DNA of 64,000 nt from Blasia pusilla (Eukaryota), in NCBI GenBank assembly GCA_050084515.1, contig CM114271.1, positions 18,600,001 to 18,664,000 of the forward strand, written 5' to 3'. This document shows, piece by piece, positions 36,961 to 50,400 of this stretch. The position numbers and the translations under genes are program-made. Below the pieces are notes generated by a model that saw only the letters and a list, made by a program, of their open reading frames with translations, had not been told where the DNA came from and ran no database searches. The stretch's first letter is position 1; each line of letters starts with the position of its first letter.

Positions 36961-38455
36961 TCGGAACCACCACGCGTCTAGAAACAGGTTTTTTGGCGTA
37001 TGAAGAATTCCAGGGACCACCGTCTCGATCATAGTAATCCATAGGGTATGTCCCTCGCATAGGATCTTCAGAAGACACATTTGTTTTCTCCTCTTTTGCC
37101 TCTTTACAAGAAAATACTTCCGCACCTGCACCTGGTGTTTTTGAATCCTCTGATGGACTAGAAGTCATCGAGGCACACGAATAAGCATCACACTTGCAGT
37201 TCGATGACGCCAGAGCCTGCTTTCCAGCAGTTATTTGGGTGTCTCCGACTTCTACATCGCCGTTCCACCAAGGCTGAACAAAACCAAGAGCGACTTCCGC
37301 CTCATACGGAGTTAAAAGGGGGCTGCGAAATGCTTCGCCCCAATCGATTGATAGGCGTGGGCATGCAATTTGAATCCAGGCCCCGATGGTGTCAGCGAAC
37401 AGAGCCAATTTGGTTGGGGAGAGCTCAGAGATAAGAAAAACAGTGTATGGCAAAGATCTGGCTGCCAGGCGTTGCTCGACATGCGCCAAAGTCCGTGGAT
37501 TACCCTGCCGACCAAGCGTTCCAAGGACTACACCCCAAGCTTTAGCACTCTGCGCTTGCCTGATGGCTCTCATCCTAGCTTCTCTCATTCCCTTGTGATC
37601 GTACTCTTCGATGGTGATAAGCTTTGAATACGGGTCATAACGATATGCTTTTACTCCCGGATTCGCAATCATAAAAGCTTCAAGATGGAAACGTCCATCC
37701 GCAACAAAGACAAGCGTGTCCACTGATCCAGAAGGAAGAGCAGGCGATGTACATCCCAAAACCTCGCCCGGAGATAGAGGTTTCGCTTGAGGAACGGCAA
37801 TGTGGGCATACTCCGCTGCAAGAAGGGCTTTCGCGGCGTGAATCGCTGTAGAAAATTGAATGGTCCCTGCGATGGCAATCTTGGAACTTCTGACGAAATT
37901 CTCCTTCACAGTTTCAACTAAATGTTGTATGTCAATCTGAATATCCACAAACACGTAAAGACATGGTATAAGGGACATATCTATAGGGACGAGGCAGCTA
38001 TGTCCATAATGGACGAGGAAGTCTGCTCCTAGAGCGACCGCCGAAAAATCGTCCACGCAACATGCACCGTAAGTGACATCTCCAAGAACGAAACACTCTT
38101 CCACCCCCGCAAAAGTTTCCAAAATGTCACACACAGTCAAGGAATACAGAAGCAACCCTTCCGGAAACTGCAGAGCAACTTTCTTCGATCCCGCCTGCTT
38201 GAGCCTCCATATCGTTTTAGGAATTTCGAGGTTGTAATTACTGGGAAGCACAGCCATCGCTGCCTTCAGCGCCGGATCATTCAGTATCTGAGCAGGCACT
38301 AGCTGCCGAATAAAGCGTTTAGGGCCAGCAGACGACTTGGCAACCACCAATTCCGATTCCACCGAACTACCAGTTTTCTGAGTATTTGAAGACATCGTGC
38401 AAGCGACCGCGTTCGACGTACTCTCCTCAATCCCATCACCCATGTCTGCGTTCAT
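36956..38455 (-). CDS. DPH1: 2-(3-amino-3-carboxypropyl)histidine synthase subunit 1 (diphthamide biosynthesis protein 1), intronless; start ATG at 38455 or 38443
   Basis: [86 protein letters not shown]. Confidence 0.96.
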   Translation of the reverse strand: MNADMGDGIEESTSNAVACTMSSNTQKTGSSVESELVVAKSSAGPKRFIRQLVPAQILNDPALKAAMAVLPSNYNLEIPKTIWRLKQAGSKKVALQFPEGLLLYSLTVCDILETFAGVEECFVLGDVTYGACCVDDFSAVALGADFLVHYGHSCLVPIDMSLIPCLYVFVDIQIDIQHLVETVKENFVRSSKIAIAGTIQFSTAIHAAKALLAAEYAHIAVPQAKPLSPGEVLGCTSPALPSGSVDTLVFVADGRFHLEAFMIANPGVKAYRYDPYSKLITIEEYDHKGMREARMRAIRQAQSAKAWGVVLGTLGRQGNPRTLAHVEQRLAARSLPYTVFLISELSPTKLALFADTIGAWIQIACPRLSIDWGEAFRSPLLTPYEAEVALGFVQPWWNGDVEVGDTQITAGKQALASSNCKCDAYSCASMTSSPSEDSKTPGAGAEVFSCKEAKEEKTNVSSEDPMRGTYPMDYYDRDGGPWNSSYAKKPVSRRVVVPN

Positions 38456-38702
38456 GAAAACCAACAACTCGGATAGCTTCGCTCCAGCGAAAGCCCCCAA
38501 AACACGTTCTTTCAAGGTCGTGATTCCCAGGCTACCACATCCGGGGCAACATCCTTGAACACGAGCAGCGAGCGCTTATGCTTCATGAGTACTCTCAGCA
38601 AGCTGTCTCCAGCCGCGACGAGAAAATCCTCGACGCCATCTTCCCCGCAGCAGTCAGGCGTCGCACTCGCGAGATGGCTTACACGAGAGTAGTGAGAGTT
38701 TC

Positions 38703-38747
38703 GCGGGGGTGGAAGAGTGTTTCGTTCTTGGAGATGTCACTTACGGT
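38703..38747 (+). repeat. Perfect 45-bp inverted copy of DPH1 CDS 38066-38110
   Basis: GCGGGGGTGGAAGAGTGTTTCGTTCTTGGAGATGTCACTTACGGT is the exact reverse complement of 38066-38110. Confidence 0.95.
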
Positions 38748-39589
38748 CTCACTCTAACAAAAGTTTTTCGATTAGTATTTTATTTCACGTGCCACATGTC
38801 TTTTTGGGCTTATAATTACTTGACACTGGACATATTTTCCTTTTCGATTTGTAAAGGCATTTCCACCTATTTAATATTCCACCTATTTAAGAGTTATTTG
38901 TTGTTATAAGAGGGTGGATAGGGTGCGGGTACCTTTCACCCGTGCTGCACACGGACACCATCTAGTATCTCATAAAGAGGAACAAGTTAAATATCACATG
39001 CATGTGATATTTCGTCACGTGGATAGGTTAGATGGAAACCTCGGGCCTAAGTTGAGTTAGTTAACCTTGATTCTTATTTGGGATTTTCCTTTGAAATAAG
39101 GTTTAAAATGTTATGTTCTCTTCACTGACTGACGGACATTAGAGACTCTGGTCCTTACTAGTAGTCGATTACGAGTGCAGGCGTTGTAGGATGCAAGTTG
39201 TTCTGCAAGTAACTTGTCAACCACCCCATGTGAATAGAGATGCGAATAGAGATGTTAGCCTAAAAAAAATATTTGGACTCCATGTCAATATTAGTTAGAT
39301 ATTCTTCGTATTAATAATTTCTCCACACCATGTTACTCCCTCGTGTTAACGTACCCTCGATGTTACTATCCCTATCCCTCCATGTCGTGTTAGCCTTTCT
39401 CCGCCCGTTAGTGTTAGTGCTTCTTAGAGCACTAACAATGCGTATTTTTTATCGTGTCGTGATAAAAAAATACTAACACGGCATGTTAAAATACCCTGGT
39501 TTTGGTTAAAAAAAACCAAAACCATACTGGTTAATATGGGTGCTAATGACTAGTAAACTTACGCACTTAAACGTGCAATGTACGGGTTC

Positions 39590-40160
39590 TTTGCCACATA
39601 TCTACATATTCCAAGTACAATTCGCACAGGGGCAATAAGAAAAAATAAAATATATATGTAGAAAAAGGATGGGAAACCCATCACGATACAAAAGAGGGGG
39701 CATGGAGACCCAAAAAATAGACCTCAAGAGTCCGGAACCGGCCCCGAGGAGAAAGAAGGGGGCCTTCCTCCCTAACGACCAAAATCACCAACAGCAGAGA
39801 CAATATCAGCGACACCTAGAGAACTATGACTACTACTAAGTGGGCCTCTAGCCTTGGCGTCTCCAACCGCCTGAGCCCGCCGTAGAAGCCCATTTGCCTG
39901 GGCGCGCTGCAAAGCTATGGAGACCCGTTGCCTACAATAAAGTATCACAGTGGCTAAGGACAACCCATTTCTCGACTGGAGCTGATGGGCGCAATCCATA
40001 AGGAACGAGTCAAACCTCTCCCCCATCGCCCTATACATCTCAATGGCTAGGGGGATAAATTGATGTTTGTTATGAAGTCGACTATAAATTTGGGTCTTCT
40101 TGACCGCCGCCGCTGCTCCCTGTAGCAATCTCCCTTGTGCTACCACTTGGGCTCGCACCG
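39590..40160 (-). mobile_element. 3' fragment of an RLE-type (CRE-like) non-LTR retrotransposon
   Basis: AAAAVKKTQIY...FIPLAIEMY...RQRVSIALQRAQA resembles the C-terminus of restriction-like-endonuclease LINEs; followed by a T-rich 3' UTR. Boundaries approximate. Confidence 0.65.
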
Positions 40161-41049
40161 CCTTGGGGTTCCAAAGACCGCCTTGTTTGGGGTATTGGGT
40201 CCATCCGGAAGTGTTCGAGTTGGGTTGCTCTTGCCCAGGTAATGGGTCGCTTTCCATCTTTCCACTTTTGCGCTCGTGAGGAGGTTACAAAGTGCCCGCT
40301 CTGGATTTTGATTGGTACCTTCACTCTTTTAGGTTTAGGATGTTATGGTGCGAGGAGGGGTGTTAGAGCAATTTCATAGGATACAACTTCCATGGGTGTG
40401 TTGTTGGACCCGCATACCCTCTTTTTCTTGGGCCACTCCTATATACATTGTCATAAAGCTCCCGCCCACACGGTCTTCCAAGTGTGGCCCCGGCCTTCAC
40501 CTAGACGATCGCGAAGGGGGTGGTCTTTGAAACTCCCTAGTGTTTGGAGGCATGCTTCTTGCTTGTATTTGCGCTCATTCTAAATGGATTTGTTGCACTG
40601 GAGCACTCATTTTTCAATAATTTCGTTTCATTCTCAAATAGGAAAATGAAAAAATTTAGATTGAGGGTGAATAGGCACTTAAGATTTATGTTTCTCATTC
40701 TATGACGATCCACAAAACCATCAAATATTGTTGGGATTGAGTGTGACCGTACCACATGAGCCACAAATGTTTTAAAAAATGGATTAAGAAAAATATGTAT
40801 GAATGAAAAAATGAAACGAAGTCAAACAAGTATCGGGCCAAATGAGTGGGAATATTGTACTCAAATCCATAAGTTCAAATGTCCATCACCAAGAGAATCA
40901 AGAATATTTGGTGTTTATGATAGTGGTACTCACATTCAAGAACCCATTAGTATGGATATTTTTGTTGATTTGAGTGAAGAAGAGCTCAACAATCTTGAAT
41001 CTCAAGCGTCCTTTATGCATATTATATTTAATGAGGAGAAGAAAATAAA

Positions 41050-41410
41050 ATTAGTGGAAGGTCATTCATGAGAAGATTTGGACTTATAATTGATGATTTT
41101 CTTTACAATCACATTGTCACTCGAACATAGAGAGCTTCAAGTTATTCCACCCGTAGTACTTCGAGATACTAGATACCACCTATCTCTTATGATAATGTCT
41201 ATTGAAACGTTTCCATCGACAATACATGAAGGAGATCCATTAGAACACATATTTGATAGATGTACATAAAAAAACAAGACTAACAATAGAAAATATTTTT
41301 GGTCATTTAAAAGGAAGATGAAAAATTCTATGCAATTGTCTAATGTCCCTAGAAATGCTTTCTAAAGTAACGCTAGGATGTGGAGTTTTGCATAACTTTG
41401 TTATGCAATA
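41050..41410 (+). mobile_element. Decayed PIF/Harbinger transposase remnant
   Basis: PVVLRDTRYHL (like ILGDSGYPL) and TIENIFGHLKGR*KIL...GCGVLHNF (like VERAFGRLKGRWKIL...ACCVLHNF of DDE_Tnp_4). Confidence 0.6.
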
Positions 41411-43099
41411 CCAAGAGACCCTACCACAAGACAACATTCAAGGAAGTGTTGTTCTTTTTTTTTTTAAAGTCAATGTATACAATGAGGAGAAGAATAATCT
41501 CATACAAATTAGTGCAAGCAACATTTTTCAAGGAGTTTTGTGACACACATGCCTACCCGAGTCATAATAGAATTTGAGATAGATCATATATAGTTATATT
41601 TCATGAGTAGAAGTTGTTGATGATTATCCACCTCGCGTTTCTCTCTCCAACTCAAGCTTCATACAACGAAGTCTAAATATTTAAGAAATTAGCTCCAACT
41701 TTTTATCTTCTTATTGGGATTTCTTCTCACTTTTCTCCTTTAAAAATTGAATAAAGGAAATCATTGATTATGTAAAACTATCATTGACATCTCTTCACTT
41801 TCTTTTTTTTGTTTGTTTGTCTTGCAACACCCAATCAAGAGCATGCTTTCCTTCTTGGATTTTTTTGGAAGGTGGAACTTCACTTGAACTACTTTTAAAT
41901 GTGGGTTTGAGATGTGTCTATTAGTACCTCTAATGCTGTATTCGTTAATGGATGAATAGGTGGATCATTTAGGTGATATACATATCCACTCAGTTAAATC
42001 TAATGCCACTCCTCGATCATGAAATGCAACATAAATCAACTTTGAATATCAAGAATGTTACCATGCGTGGTCCTCATCATAAAATTAACAAGCTTTGTCT
42101 CACTAAACATTCCTACTTCAAGAAACCATGCATAAAATAGTTCAAATACATCCATAATGACCAAAAATAATATCTCAATAAACACCTCCTTATTCCCCAT
42201 ATGAGTATGTATAGTCAAGAAAAAAAACAAATACATCAACATATGAAGAAATAAAAATGAGAGACCTAGCTCCCTAGAATGTGCAATATTTGTGAAATGC
42301 CTCTTTAGTCAAATTGTGTGCTCTTGTTTGTGCCATAACTCCCTTCTCACTCCAGAATTCACAAAACCCGCAACTTTAAATGGGCATACAATAAGGGTAA
42401 TCGACATACATATATAGATGATTTAGATTGTGAATGGAGTTGCGCTTCTTTATGTGGCTTTGTTACTTGGACAAGAGTCACTCTGGCTTCACGCGAAGCC
42501 AAATAAGGATGGTTCCACGTAAACCAGCCTTCTAGCTTTGAATTACTAGCAACCATGTCATCTGGACCCAACAAATAGAGTGTACTGAGGCAAGGATGTG
42601 AGGGGTGGGATTTGAATGGACACATAACAAACACCCATGCAATACACAGGTTCATCATGGGTAATCTCAATAATCCATCATTATCACTTCAAAATTGATC
42701 CCAAAATCAACCCCGTGGTTGAGTATGTACCTTAAGTGGCCCCCAAAATAGACCTTGAGTGATTTGAAGACACATGTCATAATCCAAGAGGTTAAATTTC
42801 CAAGTGTAAGAAGGAGGGATGTTCAAAAATCAAGAGGCCACTCTCCCATATTAGTAAAGATATGACAAGTTACAATAAACCAAAAGAGAGTAATTAGGAC
42901 TACTCAAAGTGGCTCGACCTTGACCTTGTCATCATCCCTCTCTATATGAATCACGTTTTCCTATAAATGGAGATGGTAAGTCACATTTTCTTGCCATTGA
43001 TCGCTCATGACAATAGTTGTGAGTCAAAATTTTGATTAATTGAGAATCAAAAAATATTCCACCGTCGTTGATTGTATCATCCGACCTTATTTTATATCT

Positions 43100-44600
43100 T
43101 TACTTTAAGCAACAAAAACCTTGACCAACACCTTAGTGCTCAGCCAAGGTTTGGAGTTGAGCTTGAGGAACAGACCTATTGAAAACTGAGAACTTTTGGC
43201 TCTACAACTCCAAATTTCCAAAGGACCAAGAAGAGGGTGTTAGAGATGCAAATTGTCTAGAGATGTAGGCCCCTACACTTGATTCTCATTTGGGAGCATC
43301 AAGTGCAACTTCTCTCAGGCTATAAGCTCAAAAAAATTCTTCTGAGCCATAAGACTTGCCAACCTATCCACCGTATTTTGCCAAGAAGCTAATAGATTCT
43401 TGCTTCAATGGAACCCTCCACCGGCCACCATCAACCAAGAAGTTTCTCACATTTTTGCATATCGAAGGAACTTCATTAAGAAGTCTAAGTATTGATATGC
43501 CATAATGGCCATCTTGGAGGATAAGAGTCATGCGAGAGTTCTTGCTATAGACAAAGAGATAGAAAAATTGGAACAGCAAAGAGCTTGTAGCTAGGGAGGT
43601 CACTAAGAGAAACAAACTTCGCAAAGAGTCTAAATTGATTATAAAGTGCATGAAGGTTGGGATGCCCAAGGAGGATATCAAAAACTTCATTCATATGCTT
43701 TCTCCCCTTTAGAAGGAGACATAAGATTACATGATATGATTCTGAGCGCCATACTTTAAGTGGCAAAGATCTCTCCCATGGGATATGTTAATGAGAGATA
43801 AAAGTGGCATCTATATTCTCATAGATAAATTATACAATTTCAAGACCCAAACTAAAATTTTGAATATTGATTCAAATTCCTAAATTCCTTATGTGTTTAC
43901 ACTAAATTTAGTAGAAGATTGATACCATGTTTAGTGCTCAAAGTCAACAAATGATGTCACTACTATTACTATCTTGATTTTAAATATGCCTAAATCTACC
44001 CACACATTGATCTTAGAATTGATAAGGAAACTCATGTCATACTCTTGTTGTTGGATGTTAGAATGGTTATTAATCACAAGTAAGACAAATCTTTTGATCT
44101 GAGAAATCATTTTCATATAAATTCTATCACATATAAACCATGGTATATGTATCCACCCTCTAAAAGTTTTGTCACATTCCACTTCCCAAATTACTCTCTA
44201 AGTGTATTTAGAATTCATAGGGTGACCGTAAGTGATTAACTTGTTTCCAAAAGAGTACTCACTAATCATAGTGCCTTGATCTTAGAGGGATAGTAAGCAA
44301 TCACTCTAGATCTTAGTGGTAACTCACATAGAGGAAAAATGTATTCCTTGGGTTGGAAGAATTTCTTAGTGAGTGCTCAATCTCAGATTTCTTTGATCTA
44401 TGAGGGTATTCACTCTTATCCATGCTAGTATAATCTTTCTCTCTAATTGATATAAGAACTTGCATCATCCACTCTTAGAATTATCATACTTACTAAGTTG
44501 TTTAACATGTGACTTAATCTTCTCCATGCTCTACATCATGTGGTGTACAATTAGTTGGAGCATGGATAGTGTTTTGCTAGTAGAGATCAAGAATTTAAAA
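43100..44600 (-). mobile_element. Highly decayed Gypsy-like pol remnant
   Basis: Weak fragments resembling the RT end (PSKIKAL) and RNase H end (QEYDM); many stops. Boundaries approximate. Confidence 0.35.
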
Positions 44601-45793
44601 TTTCTCTTCTAGGTATTCATCAAGTAAAGTGACGTTGTGGGAAAATTCAAGAAATTGGTATCTAATTTTTTACTGACCTTCAAGTACGGGAGTGGATGAT
44701 TGAATGATTTTTTTAATCAAGACACACATAATGACTATTTCCCTATGACTTTGAGGTAAAAGATCCCTTATCCTCTTATCAATAAGATTCCGCTCCAAAG
44801 TGCCGTGCACTTGCTTCTCTTGAACGTCAATCTCTACTGTTGCGGAAACGTACCTTCAATAGATGATGCTCTCACTAATGTATGGCCGAGTTGATAACTC
44901 GGAGAGTTGGAAGGCTGATTCACTCATACCATACTAATGTGAGTGTGTTTGGATGCAGAACATCAAGCTCAACGTTCCTACTTCCCTACTTCCCAATACG
45001 GGTAAGTTTACCAAGACTTGGGACAAACTTTCTCAATATTTTAGGCACTTAAAACGACATTCACATGCCTAGCAGTACCAATTTTCCAATGGACCTAATG
45101 TAAACCCCTAACCGAGACCCACGTAAATGAGCCGCGGGTTGGAATCCAAGAGTGACCTCCGAAATCCACTTTATTGGACTTGGTTTGGGTTTCGAATCCC
45201 AACGCTAAACTCCCTATCTATTCTGTGTCCTTGGTTCTCCCTAGGACAGCCCAAAGTGGAGTTTGAGTCTTAACATTCTTGGAGACCTTCTCCCTTACTA
45301 GTAACTCAAGGGTTCTCTCGCCCCCCTAATCTTTGGGAAAAGACTCTCGGGTCCCTCTTTTTGGACGGATGGTTCTCAATGAGCCTCAACAACTCATATA
45401 AGGTTCACATTTCCATCCATGTTATGTGTGTAAAAGATCTTGAGGGTAGATTGTAAAATTAGTTGCTAAAAAAGCCGTGAATCCTCGAAAGTCCTCTCCA
45501 ATTATTCAAATAATTGGTCGCGAGCATAAACATCTAAAACTCAAGCTTGTCTTCAATGTGACTCTCCGAATCCTTTTCATCTAAATCAATCTTAATAAGA
45601 TCCACGTTTGGACCAAGTAGGTTAGAATCTTTATTATCAAGGACTTGTGAGTAATTTGAGTTACTTAACACCTCATCTAAATCATGACTATCTCCATAAA
45701 GTAATTTGGTTTCAAGGACCCCTTGGATAGCCATGAGAACTTCCTACCTTTCTATGATCTTTAATATTTTCTTTTTGATTTTTAGAGTGAGGT

Positions 45794-46309
45794 TGTCACG
45801 TCTTTTAGGATAAATCGGTGAGATCTAGTAGAGCGCCTTTGTGAGTAGTGGAGGATAGGCTCAATAAGTCAAGGATGACATGTTGAGGCCCCGGGAAACT
45901 TCAGAGCGTAGGTTTCCCCTTCGTTTCGGCTCATTTGGAGCCATATTGAAAAACTTACTATTTTAGGTAAGTAGCATTTTGAGTATATGATAAACTTTCT
46001 ATTTTTGTTAAGTGGCCCTTGACCTCATACACTAAGGCAAGAGCCAAGGAGGTGACTTGGGAGCATAGGTTACCATGGAGAGAGCTTGGGAGAGGGGAGG
46101 GGTATACCTCAAGGAGAGAGAGTTTGAGAGCTCATTCTCTCTTTGTTGAACCTCTTGGCATGAGGTGGCGGAGCTATGGTCTTGCTTGCCTTGAATGTGT
46201 AACCCAAGCCTCTCATTAGGAGAATGGGTTTGGTTTGACATTGAAAGAGACATGTGAGAGTGCACATATTTGAGTGCTATGGTGTTGAGAGAGATTGGAT
46301 CTTATTTTA
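45794..46309 (+). repeat. Repeat A1 (516 bp)
   Basis: Direct repeat of 55490-56005; homology stops at GATCTTATTTTA. Confidence 0.93.
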
Positions 46310-47898
46310 CAAAGAGAGAATGAGTGAGTGAGAGAGCTTCATGGGGGAGTTTGCTGGTTGCGCGATGTTTGGTGCAGGTTTGAGGACCGTGTTTCCCGCT
46401 TCATGGCTCATGGGGGTGCTCACCGGAGCAAGAGCCGTCCGAGTTTGATGTTTTGCTTTGCTGATTTTTTGTTCGGGAGAATGGCACGCGGAAGCGCTAC
46501 CCAATTTTCAATAGGAATTGAGTATGGGGGCGGATTTCTCCATGCGATGTTCTCGAAAGCACCATGTAGCTTTTTGATTTGTGTTCTCACAGGTTTTGTA
46601 TTTTCATAGGGAGAAATCAGTACGGACGCGCTGCCAAAATTTGTGTAGGAGAAAGAGACATTGGGCTTTACAATAGTCCCCCGTCAATTTCTACTGGAAT
46701 GTCTGATTCAAAATATTTTTTTATATTGTCATATATCATGAAGTTGTGCACGCTATGCAATAAATGATACGCAATTTGGAGTTGTGAGCAAAAAGTTATG
46801 GTCAATCTTACAAGACTGCTATTGCTAGGCGATTTTTAGGGTTAAATTGTTCAAACCCTAAACCAACCGCCGCGCCGGCGGCATCGTTGCCGTCATAGCT
46901 ACCATCAATGGTCCACCGTCACCATCAATGGTCAACCGTCACCATCAATGGTCAACCGTCAATGGTCCACCATCCACCGTTGGCCGTTGTCGCCGCCTAG
47001 TGCTGTTCAGAGCCGCTTTTGGCCGTTTTTCACCCTTTGGTTGCCATTGCCGCCATTACGGAGTGGAGAGTCTTCCACGATCACTGTTGATTCTCTGACT
47101 TGCGCCGCCACCACATACTTTGGTTTGGCCGCCACCGTCATCGTAGTTTTGTCATCAACCAATGATGGCAGGTGACCTCGGGTTATGGTGTTTGAGTTTT
47201 CATTTCATGTTGTTATGTTGTGATTGGTAGCCACTCGACGAAGATCGAGTACCATGCCGTGACACCCGTAGCGCAACACGCCGCCGATTGCCGCGTTGTG
47301 CCGCTTGTGGCCGCACCGCATTGTCTCAATCACAGAGCCGCTCCTTCACTAAGAAGCAAAGCGCGTGAATTGCTGATTGAGGAGGGTATGCCGCCAAGTC
47401 CATCGTTTTGTAGTCGTTTAGTCTTTGCCTTTGTCGCGAATTCGAACCTGCACTGCACATCAATGGGGTTTGAGTAGCGTCAATACGAGAGGAGTACGAT
47501 TTGCTAATTGGAAAAGTTGTCTTCACGACCAAGTTGGGGTTGAGATTTGCAAATGTCGAGGAGCGACATCAACATTATTGTCACGTTACCCATTCTAGTC
47601 TCTTACCTTGCACGTGTGAGAGATTTTTGGATATTGGGAACTTATTTGGGATATTGGGTTTCGTGTTGATGCTGAGAGCATCAATGATGTATGGGTTTAG
47701 GGGACATAGACTTGTGTGAGATGTCCAAAGTTAAGGATGGTTTGTCAATGAGACGATAGATCAGTTGATTTTTCGGACCGCGCCGCTTGTTGCCGCATAG
47801 CACACGTCTTAGTGAGAGAGTGTAGATTGAGTGCCGCATGTTTAGTTTTAGTGATTGAGGGATTACTTGCGAGATTGAGAGTGATCGTGTGAGAGGGC

Positions 47899-50400
47899 AT
47901 GAGGGCCATCACTGCGTCCTTTCGGGATTTTGAGAGGCAAGGTAGTGGACCTGAGAGTAGCTCTAGAGGGTTTACCCGGAGTGGTGCGAGGTTTCGAGGA
48001 TCTCCACATGAGGGACCACCTTCTACGTCATCTTCAGACAAGGAGGAGCATGTAGAGGAGTTGAGTAGTGCTTTGCCACTCACATTGAGTAGTCCTATTG
48101 CTTGGGCGTACGAGATGGGTGATCGGGGGAGAGGACAGCGTAGGTTCTCAGGTGCAGTAGGCATGATAGAGTTGCACGACTTCATCGCCGAGTTTAGGAG
48201 TTGGTGCAACTCACAGCGGGCTAGGAACTCTAGAGAGCTCAATCCGTTTACAGCATAGAATGGTATGTTCCAACAGTTAGAGGGGGCACCCATGGACAAT
48301 TACCATGAGTTCTCCCATAGGTATGCCTAGGAGATTGAGGCATGGCGACTCTACTATGACCCACACTATGTGTCATAGACGGAGCCGTTCCCAAATGAGG
48401 AGGAGTCATGAGAGGCTACTTCCTCTTCCACTAGTGATGTTTTAGGAGGGATCACTCGCACTGGAGCAGTTGCACCGTCTAGTCGGTTTTGTCCCAGGTT
48501 CAACCCCGTGGTTGAGTTCTTCATTGAGTTGAGGGCGAGCTACCAAGTGGTACGGACAGAGAAGTTGCGGAGCATCCATGACTTCCAGACGCGCCCGTGT
48601 GAGAGTTTGGGTGAGGCTTACACTCGCTTGCGCCGGTTGATCAACGTCACTCAGGGGGTGACAGAGGCTCAAGCTATCCAGTCATGGTACGCGATGTTGG
48701 ACCAGACCCTACGAGCATGGGTGCGGAAGAGGGTGCTTCTTATGAACACCTCCCCTACGTTGAGAGATGTTTTTAGGACCGCCGAGAACATTGAGTGCAA
48801 CATGATGGAGGAGATCGTAGCCACCATGGGTTCTAGGCGAGAGCAGTCACGATTTTCTACACCACCAATGCAGTAATGTGGACTCCGAGATAGGTCGACT
48901 ATGGCACCACGAGCTTAGGAAGGATACCAGAAGGCTGTGCCACAAAGACCTACGCCTTCATATGCGGCTCAATAATAGCCGCCTATGATTACTTGTTGGT
49001 CATGTGGTGGAGCCCATCATCAGTGTGATTGCACTTGTCAGGGTCATGGACGTGTGCCTTAACATGGAGGAGGACATGGTGCTGCACCAAGAGGTTATTA
49101 GTGTTACTATTGTCAGAGGTATGGTCACACACGCGCTCGGTGTTTCAGTTTACACCCTGAGTTACGTCCAGACCGAGGGCTAGAGAGGGCACGAGAGCAA
49201 GTAGCCGGTCCGGGTGGGCTAGAGATCGTGCACCTGGTGGTCGTATTGGGGGACGAGGAGCAAGAGTTGCCCAATAGGGTGGTGGAGTTGCCCGTGGAGG
49301 AGGTAGAGTCCCACTAGCTAGACGCATCGAGGGAGATGCCAAGGGTGAAGTAGGGATGGCTGCTTAGATACAAGAGCAGATTGCCGCTATAGCATTGAGG
49401 TTACGCGATGCCAGATCCATGGCATCGAGATCATATGGAGCAGCCAGAGATATGGAGTATCCTTGTTGGATGTGTGGGGTTGCCCACATGGAGGCTTCCG
49501 CAGTTCTGACGCGTGGAGCAGCCATAGAGTTGGCTCCACATCGAGGGGAAGCTAGGAAATAGACCAATCTCCCCAATCTTTCACGTTGTCCAAGGTGATG
49601 AGGACCCCATCGATGGGTCTTGATCAGAGTTCCCGGAGAGTTGGTGATGTTATTGGTGTGCAAGCACGAAGGGCAATGGGAGAAATGAGTGCAACGATTC
49701 CTATTGCTGATGCTAAGGAGGAGCATGTGTCGAGTACGATGTTGGGGGCGGCCACGATGGTGTACCGTACTCCGTTATTTTCTTCTTTTGATGTTATGAC
49801 ATTGGGAGGTATGCTACGCTATGCTATGTGAGCGAGGAGTTGGAGTTCCTGCATCACCTTCAGAGGTGATTGCAGAGGAGCTGATGGACCTGCCCTTGGA
49901 GCTGATGCTCGGGCCGTCCACGTCATATTCATGGCAGGCTGCGGTTGCTAGGATGGCGGAGATGCCCACTAGACCCGCGATAGAGCATGCCATGGCTTCT
50001 CCTAGTGTTGTGTTGCTAGATAATCTGGGAGAGGTCTTCCAGTTGGTGAGTCCAAAAGGTAGAGCTTTTAGTCCGCAGTGCGTCTTGTTGGATTCAAGAG
50101 CGCAACCCCTAATGTTGGGGAAAGCGTCATTCAGAGGATTGGGCTTGACAAGAGCCGATGTGGAGCATTGTCCATTCCGGATACAGACATCCTTGGATGG
50201 AACGAGTACCATATAATTTATCACCCGACATGAGGTTGTAGTGAGGATTTTCCCGGGACTTCCTATAGATGAGTCTGTGGTGCGAGCCAAGGCGATAGTG
50301 ACTAATGCAGAGTCCTACGACGTCTTGGTTGGTGGAGTAGTGTTATACCCGATGGGGTTTTCCCTGGATTACTGGGAGGAGTCAGCGTCCTATAGACCAA
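47899..50400 (+). pseudogene. gag (capsid-like plus two CCHC zinc knuckles) and aspartic protease, stop-riddled
   Basis: FQTRPCESLGEAYTRL (gag-like); CWSCGGAHHQCDC at ~48994; CYYCQRYGHTRARC at ~49102; VLLDSRAQ (LLDSGAQ in the minus copy at ~62550). Confidence 0.8.

Noticed and set aside
36956-38455. Intronless DPH1 as proof of retroposition
   Set aside because: No poly(A) or TSD seen, and plant DPH1 genes can be natively intron-poor.
38456-38515. N-terminal extension of DPH1 in the ORF track
   Set aside because: Starts at TTG; the first ATG is at 38455.
39300-39500. CGTGTTAG/CTAACACG motif cluster as a MITE
   Set aside because: Could not define terminal inverted repeats or a TSD.
44900-44960. 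Short inverted similarity to ~56519-56575
   Set aside because: Too short and diverged to interpret; likely fragments of an older decayed retroelement.
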